Below are positions 29,244 through 37,008 of a stretch of DNA of 54,806 nt, piece after piece. Each line of letters begins with the position of its first letter. Position 1 is the stretch's first letter. The stretch spans positions 1-54,806 of IMG/VR virus record IMGVR_UViG_3300020205_001884; one strand, 5' to 3'. A model generated the notes under the pieces. The model made no database searches. It saw nothing but the letters and a program-made list of their open reading frames with translations, and had not been told where the DNA came from. Position numbers and translations under genes: made by a program. Source of the DNA: a virus (Duplodnaviria > Caudoviricetes).

Positions 29244-30857
29244 TTATTTATTTTTAGTATTGGTTGGAACCCAAGGTTTTTTATTATTTTTAAGATAGGT
29301 ATTGGTTGTCTTGGCGTCTGTTACTTTATTCAAGTATGGATCCTTATCATTTATTGGTTTTGGATCTCTCCCAAATCTTGGAGCAGTTTCGGTTTCTGGA
29401 ATATACAGCTTTGGTGTGATTGTTTTAATATTCTGAGGAGCTTTCAACTCTATCTTATCACTAGAGGAACGAATTAGAGCATAATTTTCTGCTACAAACT
29501 CAAAACTTGCAGCACTATACAGTTTCATGGGAGAAATCCCATCTATTGATGAGAATATGTCCATATTAGCAAAAGATTTTATCAACATGGTTCCAGAAGA
29601 GTGTAATGTAAGATCTGTACCAGAAGTCACATCTAGAGTACCACCAGCACGAATCATGCCATATCCATAAATATCAACAGTCATTGTGTTGCTATATTTT
29701 TCTGTTTTTATTTTAGCAGATTCGTCTGAATTGCCAGCAACCTGTACTATCTGATTTCCGCTAACATACACTCTTTTAGCACCCTCCAAATATTCCGCAT
29801 AATAACCAGAAGGGTTTGTGAGGTATTTTTGATCAAATTCACCATCGATTCTTTCATCGCGATTTCCTCCTATTTCATGAATAACATTTCCACCAACTAC
29901 CGTGTGCATGTGTCCAACCACTTCTAAATTATAATCTCCACCAACTGTGTGATTGTAGTTACCCTGATCTTGTAAAATGTTCACATCGCCTTTGTTCACA
30001 CGCATATTCAAATCGCCTTCTGCTAATGAAACATTCATATTTCCTTTATGAACATATATGTTTACATTGGCATTACCCGATATGTGGATATCAAAATTTA
30101 CATTCTTTTCTGGTGTGTTATCGTCTTCGTCACTATTAATCAGAATCTTCAATCCTTTGTCTATAGTAACTGTAGAATACCCACCTAAATGAACATAATT
30201 GTCTCTAAACACATGGATATAATTGTCTCGAACATTTTGATGAATCACATCTCCATTCGGAAAGTATTCATAATTAGAACCAGATCTATGAAAGAATGAA
30301 ACTCGTTCGCTTCCCGGCGTATCATCAGTTTCAGTAACATGTCCGGATTCTGTTTGAGTTACTTTATTGAACGGGTATATTGTTCTTGGCTTAAATTCTT
30401 CGCTTTTCTTTTCTTGTCCATTACAAGGATCTTTTTCTTCAATCTTCTCGCCATTGATACGACCGTGTTCTGTTTTTGGTTGTGTCCATTGATTAACTTG
30501 TGGTTTTTCAACTGTTGGTGTTTGTGTTTGGGGATTTACTTGTGCGGTTGGTTGAACTGCTCCGGGAGGAGTAGAACTGGCTTTCACCTTTCCGCCGGCT
30601 ACTGCTGGACTTCCACCGCCGCCACCACCGCCACCGCCGCCTCCACCACCCGCAGCTGCGGCTAACGCCGCTTGAGATGCTGCTGTATCTGTTGCATTAT
30701 TTGAAGATGGATTTACCTTTCCACCAGAAACAGTAACATTAGTTGCAGATGTAGTGTTTGGCAAAGGTTTTCTATTTCTAGAACCTGTCTTCCCCTTTAC
30801 CTGTTTTGCAGTACCATTTGGTGGTATTATATTTGGATCATCGCAATTATTTGACAT
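29244..30857 (-). CDS. gp5: Baseplate hub/needle gp5, C-terminal beta-helix part
   Basis: Motif 'YPFNKVTQTESGH..E.DDTPGSER...HRSGS..E..PNG' and VxG-type 8-residue repeats ('TVGGDYNLEVVGHMHTVVGGN'). Confidence 0.85.
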   Translation of the reverse strand: MSNNCDDPNIIPPNGTAKQVKGKTGSRNRKPLPNTTSATNVTVSGGKVNPSSNNATDTAASQAALAAAAGGGGGGGGGGGGGSPAVAGGKVKASSTPPGAVQPTAQVNPQTQTPTVEKPQVNQWTQPKTEHGRINGEKIEEKDPCNGQEKKSEEFKPRTIYPFNKVTQTESGHVTETDDTPGSERVSFFHRSGSNYEYFPNGDVIHQNVRDNYIHVFRDNYVHLGGYSTVTIDKGLKILINSDEDDNTPEKNVNFDIHISGNANVNIYVHKGNMNVSLAEGDLNMRVNKGDVNILQDQGNYNHTVGGDYNLEVVGHMHTVVGGNVIHEIGGNRDERIDGEFDQKYLTNPSGYYAEYLEGAKRVYVSGNQIVQVAGNSDESAKIKTEKYSNTMTVDIYGYGMIRAGGTLDVTSGTDLTLHSSGTMLIKSFANMDIFSSIDGISPMKLYSAASFEFVAENYALIRSSSDKIELKAPQNIKTITPKLYIPETETAPRFGRDPKPINDKDPYLNKVTDAKTTNTYLKNNKKPWVPTNTKNK

Positions 30858-30861
30858 TATA

Positions 30862-31704
30862 TTATCCTAAAATTTTTCCATTATTGGCATTCAATGGTTC
30901 TTCTTTTACCAATTTCCAATTTTTAAATTCTGAAGATAACATAGTACTGGCAACAGAATTATCTCCATATCCAAATCCACTCAATGTTCCTTTATTTGTA
31001 TTAGAAATATTAATAACACCACATTTGAATTTCTCTTCTACTTTTATATCTGCAATCTTAGAATAATCATATAGACCATCCGGTCTTGCAGTTTTCTTTA
31101 ATTCTATTATTGTGTTTGCTATTTTGGTAGGATCATTTATTGCAATAGAACGACCATCTTTGCTTGTTTGTTTTTGTGGTTCCTTTTCGGTGAGCTGAAC
31201 TCCACGATCTTTTGTTACTTTATCTTTTCCAAATGGATATTTCCGTTCAACATCTTTCGATGGAAATTCTTTTAGTTCCTTTTTAGTTCTAGGATCTCTA
31301 AATCCATCTCCATAATTTTTCTGAAATGTTTCTTTTGCCGAAGTCTTTTGCTGTAAAGTATCGGAACCAGTTGTGTCTTTTTTCTCAGTTTCTTCCGGAA
31401 GAGTTGGTAACCACCCAATGATCACGGGTTGTTGACAATCAACTCCATCTTTAAAGAAACCAAAAACCCAAAGACCTTCTGCAATTCCGGTTGGACTGCT
31501 CTGTGGTGTTGCACCGGTCGTGGGTGGTTGTACTACTTCTGCCCATGGCAAAGCCGATGTCGGGATATCCTTTTGAAATGGACTATGATATCCATGTATT
31601 CTTACACGAACTCTGCCCTTTTGTAGAGGATCTATACGATCTTCAACACACCCCCACCACCATCTAAATGTAGGATTTCCTAATGTTGGATTAGGCATAT
31701 TCAT
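30862..31704 (-). CDS. gp5: Baseplate hub gp5, N-terminal OB-fold part
   Basis: Motif 'FRWWWGCVEDRIDPLQKGRVRVRIHGYH...LPWA...G.WVFGFF.DG...QQPVIIG'. Confidence 0.88.
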   Translation of the reverse strand: MNMPNPTLGNPTFRWWWGCVEDRIDPLQKGRVRVRIHGYHSPFQKDIPTSALPWAEVVQPPTTGATPQSSPTGIAEGLWVFGFFKDGVDCQQPVIIGWLPTLPEETEKKDTTGSDTLQQKTSAKETFQKNYGDGFRDPRTKKELKEFPSKDVERKYPFGKDKVTKDRGVQLTEKEPQKQTSKDGRSIAINDPTKIANTIIELKKTARPDGLYDYSKIADIKVEEKFKCGVINISNTNKGTLSGFGYGDNSVASTMLSSEFKNWKLVKEEPLNANNGKILG

Positions 31705-32983
31705 CTCCTATAGAATCTTTAATTGCTTTTACGCGCATAGTATACACAGCAGTTGCTGCTGTTGGTGTTACTCCTTGTCGCATAACGATATCATGTGTTA
31801 TTTCTACTACTAGAAATTTTCCACTGTAAAATATATCAGTTTGTTTCATTTGTACTTTACTTGTATCCAGAATTGATTCATGTAATGGTCGTCTAAATTC
31901 CAGTAAATCTCCAACTTTCATTTCACTGTTTCCAGGTACAACCATATTCAATGTCATCTGATTTGATAATTGCATAGATGTTAGTCTATTTCCAACCCAA
32001 TCGTCCTGAAGACCAACTTCATCTTGTCCTGATGCATTTTCAGAACAATCGTATAAAAATCTTTGCTTATTGTATCTTCTTACTGCTACTCCACTCTTTG
32101 CAATATCATCAAATAATGGATCTTTTGTTGTATCTACTATTGGTTTATTTGATATTTTTGTGTATTGATCTGGTTGTAGGACATGCGTTTTTGAATAGTA
32201 ATTGCCTGTAGTGCTATCAAAGGAAATGATTTCTGATGAATACATTCCTCCTAGTGCGTTGTCTATTGGCGCAAAAGATTCGGAGCCGTGCTTCAATATA
32301 CTATACTTTGCATCCATCATGGTTAGATCTGGAGTTGGTAAAATGTATTTGTACTTCCATTTTACTTCTTTTTTCTTAAAGGAAGATAGTGGTTTAAAAT
32401 AAAACTTGTGATCTATATCCTGATAGAAAATAAAATCAACATCTTTTGGATTTTCTGATGCTCTTGCTTGCTTTGATAGATTTGTTATATGGGAAAAGAC
32501 TGAATCGTATGGAAGGACTTTTTTGACTTTACCAACAGATTTTGTAGTTTCACATTTTATATCAAGTTCCTTACACATTTTTGTCACTATGTCAGAAACA
32601 GTATCATCAAAATATCTTGATATCATTCTAGATTCATTAATAAAAACATATTTAGAACTAAAATAACCAATCGCAACGCTGTTTGTAGTTCCTTCTGTTG
32701 GTCCAGGCATATACTTGTAGACAAAAAATTCTTTGCTTTGAATTTCTTTTTCAGAACTATTGCCAAGCATACTATGAAAAGAAAATTCAATTTTAGTCAA
32801 TCCGTTGAACCCACCAATAACTTGAGATAATCTGGAACTTGCTGTATCAAATACAACAAAAAATCCACGCAAAACAGGTTCAAAGACACTTTCAGTTAGT
32901 GATATCTCTTTTATGATATCAGAAACATCAATATCTTTTATTTTGATAACTGGTCTATTTGTATTTAAAACAAGTGGAATCAT
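31691..32983 (-). CDS. Baseplate hub protein (gp27-like / late control D-like)
   Basis: Motifs 'ISLTESVFEP.LRG', 'DFIFYQD...FYFKPL', 'VPGNSEMKVGD', 'YSGKFLV..ITH'; lies between gp53 and gp5. Confidence 0.65.
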   Translation of the reverse strand: MIPLVLNTNRPVIKIKDIDVSDIIKEISLTESVFEPVLRGFFVVFDTASSRLSQVIGGFNGLTKIEFSFHSMLGNSSEKEIQSKEFFVYKYMPGPTEGTTNSVAIGYFSSKYVFINESRMISRYFDDTVSDIVTKMCKELDIKCETTKSVGKVKKVLPYDSVFSHITNLSKQARASENPKDVDFIFYQDIDHKFYFKPLSSFKKKEVKWKYKYILPTPDLTMMDAKYSILKHGSESFAPIDNALGGMYSSEIISFDSTTGNYYSKTHVLQPDQYTKISNKPIVDTTKDPLFDDIAKSGVAVRRYNKQRFLYDCSENASGQDEVGLQDDWVGNRLTSMQLSNQMTLNMVVPGNSEMKVGDLLEFRRPLHESILDTSKVQMKQTDIFYSGKFLVVEITHDIVMRQGVTPTAATAVYTMRVKAIKDSIGDEYA

Positions 32984-32984
32984 A

Positions 32985-33710
32985 TCAATCAGCTCTCGCT
33001 AATACTTTAAATGCGTTTACATATGTCGAAATATATGTGGGGTTTATTAAAAATATACTTCTTCTGTTTTCGTTTTCTTGTACTTCATAATCATAATTAG
33101 AAACAATATTTTGCTGTCCCTCTGAATTAATATAAGCATTTAAATATGTTCTATTTTCATCACCATCGTTTGTATGGTGAACTGCATATATGTTTTCGTA
33201 TACTACTCTAGAAACAACCAAGGATGCAATTATTTTTTTATTTATATCAAGAAATTGAACAACAGATCCAGAAATAACAATTTCTTCTGTTTTTGTTATT
33301 ACTATTTTATTTAAATTTCTGTCACATTCTGATACCGTGCTTAGTTTTCCAGCAGAATTTATAATATACTTGGTATCACAAAAATTAAATTGATTGTTTA
33401 TATCAGTTTCCTTGAAAAACAAAGCAATCCTATTGCCATATTTCGATTCCACATATTGTCCCAATTCTTGCGAAGACATTGGCCAATCAAAATAACGACT
33501 CTTAATATTATTGACAAGAAGAATAGTCCAATAGTAATCAACACTTCCATAGTAATCAAAAGAAACACTCTCTGGAGTTTCTCCTTCACCTATGGAATAT
33601 TGATCTACCAAATTACTTTTAGATACATCACCAGTAAGTGAAATTCTCTTTAAGATATCTGGAATTACTATTCCATTATATTCGGTTGTTCCTAATTTAT
33701 TGAAATACAC
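32985..33710 (-). CDS. gp53: Baseplate wedge protein gp53 (GTG start)
   Basis: Motifs 'Y.I.EGETPE.VS..YYG...YYW.ILLVNNI....DWP', 'NYDYE..ENE.RRSI'. Confidence 0.88.
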   Translation of the reverse strand: MYFNKLGTTEYNGIVIPDILKRISLTGDVSKSNLVDQYSIGEGETPESVSFDYYGSVDYYWTILLVNNIKSRYFDWPMSSQELGQYVESKYGNRIALFFKETDINNQFNFCDTKYIINSAGKLSTVSECDRNLNKIVITKTEEIVISGSVVQFLDINKKIIASLVVSRVVYENIYAVHHTNDGDENRTYLNAYINSEGQQNIVSNYDYEVQENENRRSIFLINPTYISTYVNAFKVLARAD

Positions 33711-33719
33711 AATTAACCT

Positions 33720-34499
33720 TTACTTTGAATTGTCGCTGTATAGTTTCTGAATTGATTGCTGAGTTTGTGGGAACAGTTCTTGTAATTCTATAGTCAAGAC
33801 TGTATGTACTGCAGTACCATCATCATGAAATGCGGGCATTCCTGAACCAAATGAATTTATCGTAAGATTGGTCATAGCACATGGTAGTGTACTGATGATA
33901 ATTTTGCTTTGTACCTGGAGTTTCACTCTGAACAAATATGGAGTAAGAAAATTCATATTACTTTCTAATCGTGGATGCATCTTTAAACGAAAATCTTCTA
34001 TCATTCTATTATACCCCTTAGAATCTTCTCGTCTAAGCGGAATAAGATCCCAAGTGAATTGAAAATTTCTCAAATTGGATGATTGAAACAGTAAAGTATT
34101 TACTGTATTTTTTGCAATTCCAGCATTCTGCCTCAGAGAGTCCATTACACCGGGAAGAATGCCAGCACCAGCGACAATATCAAGACCACTACCATACATG
34201 GCATTTGCTCCTACTGCACCACTGTCAGAACCAGCACCACCACCCGTTTTACCACCAGTAAATAAAGCACTCAATGCACTATCGCCTAATTCTTTTTGTT
34301 GCCAATCTATGGAAAATACATTATTCAGTTCTTTTGGTAACTGTAAATAATATGACATTATTGGAGTAGCATTGGCACCAAATTCAGTAGGTTCTAGTAT
34401 TTCTATTACAGACCACATTCCACCAGATTGATTGCCGTTTGCTCTTGGTGGTATTAAGTTTGAATATTTGCCTTCAGATTTGCGTTCTTTATCTGCCAT
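33720..34499 (-). CDS. gp48: Baseplate tail-tube cap gp48-like
   Basis: Motifs 'LLFQ..NLRNFQFTW.LIP', 'P..F', 'LTIELQE'; divergent from gp4. Confidence 0.75.
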   Translation of the reverse strand: MADKERKSEGKYSNLIPPRANGNQSGGMWSVIEILEPTEFGANATPIMSYYLQLPKELNNVFSIDWQQKELGDSALSALFTGGKTGGGAGSDSGAVGANAMYGSGLDIVAGAGILPGVMDSLRQNAGIAKNTVNTLLFQSSNLRNFQFTWDLIPLRREDSKGYNRMIEDFRLKMHPRLESNMNFLTPYLFRVKLQVQSKIIISTLPCAMTNLTINSFGSGMPAFHDDGTAVHTVLTIELQELFPQTQQSIQKLYSDNSK

Positions 34500-34521
34500 T
34501 TTCGCAATTACTCCGTTTCTG

Positions 34522-34536
34522 CTAAATAGTATGTAT
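34522..34536. promoter_or_regulatory. Back-to-back T4-type late promoters: CTAAATA (+, 34522-34528) for gp4 and ATACATA (-, 34530-34536) for gp48
   Basis: Variants of the gp55 TATAAATA box at the divergence point of two late operons. Confidence 0.6.
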
Positions 34537-34996
34537 GTCCTATAAAGGTAAATTTAAACCAAAGAACCCATCAAAGTACTCTGGGGATCACACAAATATT
34601 GTGTATCGTTCTCTGTGGGAAAGAAAATTTATGACTTTCTGTGACAACACCGAAAACATAATCAAATGGGCATCAGAAGAACTTCCAATACCGTACATAT
34701 CCCCCGTAGATAAAAAATATCATAGGTATTTTGTTGACTTTATAATAGAAGTAAAAGAGAAGAATGGTGAAGTTCAAACATATCTAGTAGAGATAAAACC
34801 ACATAGAAAATGCTCAGAGCCTGTGAAAAAGAAGAAGATCACAAAAGGATATCTACACGAAATAGTAGAATGGCAGATAAATAAATCAAAATGGGCATTT
34901 GCAGAACAATTTGCAAATAAACGCAACTGGAAGTTCAAGATAATAACAGAGAAAGAACTATTTGGTGGAAAAGAACCAACAACCGACGAACTCTGA
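34535..34996 (+). CDS. gp4: Head completion nuclease gp4
   Basis: Motifs 'YKGKFKPKNPSKY.GD..NIVYRSLWERKFM..CD', 'WASEE..IPY.SP.D...HRYFVDF', 'EIKP'. Confidence 0.93.
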   Translation: MSYKGKFKPKNPSKYSGDHTNIVYRSLWERKFMTFCDNTENIIKWASEELPIPYISPVDKKYHRYFVDFIIEVKEKNGEVQTYLVEIKPHRKCSEPVKKKKITKGYLHEIVEWQINKSKWAFAEQFANKRNWKFKIITEKELFGGKEPTTDEL

Positions 34997-35540
34997 GGAT
35001 GCTCCCAAGAACGCAGCAAATTGGTTCAAAGAAAGCATTAAAGGTATTGTTAAAACTCAAAAAGGAAAACCATCCGATTATAAAGAGTTTTTTCAAGATA
35101 GTGAGAAGAATGTACGCAGAAAGCTGCTGGGACAGGTTTTACTTTTCAACTATAGACCCACTTCCAGAATACGGGTATACGATAAGTTTCCATTAGTAAT
35201 AGTCACTGGAATGACGGGAACTGGGTTTTCTGGTATAAATTTGCATTATATCCCACCAATGGACAGATTGAAGATTGTATTGATGATGGACTCTCTTTTA
35301 TATAATAGAAAAGAAGAAGATCCTCAAAAAATGCGTATTAAGATATTGTCATTATTTAATAAGAAAATCTTTGCTAAATATTACGGAACAGTATTTAATC
35401 AATACACCACTGCTAATATTTTTGGAAAACCTAAAATAACGACACCAGAAGAATGGACAAATTTTGCGTTTCTTCCCGTATTCAAGGGAATCAATCCAAG
35501 TAGATTATATTCTCAGATTCTAAAGGAAGTAAACAAATAA
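34962..35540 (+). CDS. gp2: DNA end protector protein gp2
   Basis: Motifs 'F.Y.P......YDKFPLV', 'GF.GINLHYIPP..R', 'PEEW..F..LP'. Confidence 0.85.
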   Translation: MVEKNQQPTNSEDAPKNAANWFKESIKGIVKTQKGKPSDYKEFFQDSEKNVRRKLLGQVLLFNYRPTSRIRVYDKFPLVIVTGMTGTGFSGINLHYIPPMDRLKIVLMMDSLLYNRKEEDPQKMRIKILSLFNKKIFAKYYGTVFNQYTTANIFGKPKITTPEEWTNFAFLPVFKGINPSRLYSQILKEVNK

Positions 35541-36088
35541 TGGCAATATCATCATCAGTAACTGGGTTTTCTGCAATAGCACTAGCAACAAATGGATTGG
35601 TTAGACCTAATCGATTTTTTGTAGAAATTAATTTTCCATTTGCAAAAAATAAAGGAGTTGCAAATTTCGATTCATATGCAGAAAGTGTAGAGTTTCCTGC
35701 GATGGCAATTGGAACTGCAGACTATCAATATAACACACATCCCACTCTGAAGGTGCCATATGCAAAACTACCAGCACAGGTGTGTAATATTACATTTAGA
35801 TTAGATGGAAGCGGCAATCCAGTAAAAGGATTATATGAAAACATCGAAGAGATTGTATCGGCTCAGAGTGGAGAATATTTTGTAGCATATGCAGATACCA
35901 TATGGGGTGAAATCAAAATAAATGTAATGAATATACAAGACAAAACAATATACAATTTGACATTATCGAAAGTGTTAGTAACAAATATAGATACTACACA
36001 ATATTCATTCGATGAGAGAGATTCTTACTTGAAGCAAACAGTATCATTTGCATACCAAGAAGCAAAATTTGAAACCGGCGGAGTGTGA
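35540..36088 (+). CDS. Tail-tube-like / baseplate tube initiator (gp54/gp19 family)
   Basis: Motifs 'GLVRPNRF.VEI', 'AESVEFP', 'KVPY', 'VSFAY'; lies between gp2 and gp26. Confidence 0.7.
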   Translation: MAISSSVTGFSAIALATNGLVRPNRFFVEINFPFAKNKGVANFDSYAESVEFPAMAIGTADYQYNTHPTLKVPYAKLPAQVCNITFRLDGSGNPVKGLYENIEEIVSAQSGEYFVAYADTIWGEIKINVMNIQDKTIYNLTLSKVLVTNIDTTQYSFDERDSYLKQTVSFAYQEAKFETGGV

Positions 36089-36117
36089 TTGAAATATACC
36101 CTTTAGGAGATTAGATA

Positions 36118-36822
36118 ATGGCATTACCCAAGATCGACTTTGTAACATATGAATTGAAATTGCCCTCTAGCGAGCAAAAAATAAAATATAGACCATTCTT
36201 AGTAAAAGAAGAAAAAATTCTTCTCATTGCTGCAGAATCTAAAAACAACGAACAGATTCTATTAGCACTAGAACAAGTAATCACAAACTGTCTATTAGAT
36301 CAAGTTGATATAAGCATCCTACCTTCTTTTGATGTTGAGTATATCTTTCTGAAGATCAGAGAGAAATCTATGGGAGAAATTATAAAGGTAAATATAGTAG
36401 ATCCAGAGGAAAAGAAGAAATTTGAAGTAGATGTTGATCTAAGCAAAGTTATAGTTAAGAGATCGCCAAAACACGAAAAGCGCATAAAGCTATCGGAAAA
36501 TATGTTCGTTGAGATGAAATATCCAACAATGAAAACGATCATGTCAGTAGATGCAACCAAGCCACTCATAGAGAATGGATTTGATATATTGACTAGTTGT
36601 ATCGATAAGATATACGATAAAGATGTTGTGTATGCTTCAAAAGACTACACTAAGAAAGAACTTCAAGAATTTATAGAACAGTTCCCACAAGACATGTACG
36701 ACAAGATTGGTAATTTCTTCGAAACCATGCCAACGCTATATTACGAAAACGACGCAATATCTCCATATACAAATAAAAAGATAAAGGTAGTATTGGACAA
36801 ATTTATCGATTTTTTCAATTAG
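36118..36822 (+). CDS. gp26: Baseplate hub assembly chaperone gp26
   Basis: Motifs 'MALPKI....YEL.LPS....IKYRPFLVKEEKILL.A.ES', 'FDVEYIFL.IR.KS.GE', 'MKYPT', 'FFETMP.L'. Confidence 0.92.
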   Translation: MALPKIDFVTYELKLPSSEQKIKYRPFLVKEEKILLIAAESKNNEQILLALEQVITNCLLDQVDISILPSFDVEYIFLKIREKSMGEIIKVNIVDPEEKKKFEVDVDLSKVIVKRSPKHEKRIKLSENMFVEMKYPTMKTIMSVDATKPLIENGFDILTSCIDKIYDKDVVYASKDYTKKELQEFIEQFPQDMYDKIGNFFETMPTLYYENDAISPYTNKKIKVVLDKFIDFFN

Positions 36823-36848
36823 GGCTTACTAGTGAATCTCTTGAAAAC

Positions 36849-37007
36849 ATGTATAGAACCAATTTTATACTAATTCAAGAACACAAGTATAGCCTAAGTG
36901 AATTGGAGAATATGATACCTTGGGAGAGGGAAATCTATTTGAATATGTTAATTAAACATGTCGAGGACATAAATAGAAAAAGAGAGATGCTGAATAAGAA
37001 GAAATAA
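36849..37007 (+). CDS. gp51: Baseplate hub assembly catalyst gp51 (52 aa from the ATG; not in the ORF track; probably also made as a gp26 -1 frameshift fusion)
   Basis: Manual translation MYRTNFILIQEHKYSLSELENMIPWEREIYLNMLIKHVEDINRKREMLNKKK*. 'HKYSL.ELENMIPWERE.Y' is the gp51 family signature. Confidence 0.88.
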   Translation: MYRTNFILIQEHKYSLSELENMIPWEREIYLNMLIKHVEDINRKREMLNKKK

Positions 37008-37008
37008 T

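Noticed and set aside
30855-30880. Frameshift joining the two gp5 ORFs
   Set aside because: An in-frame TAG lies just upstream of the gp5C ATG, and a usable Shine-Dalgarno is present.
116-34350. Many short plus-strand ORFs (60-171 aa) opposite the structural genes
   Set aside because: They are antisense shadows of long, motif-bearing minus-strand genes and lack recognisable motifs.
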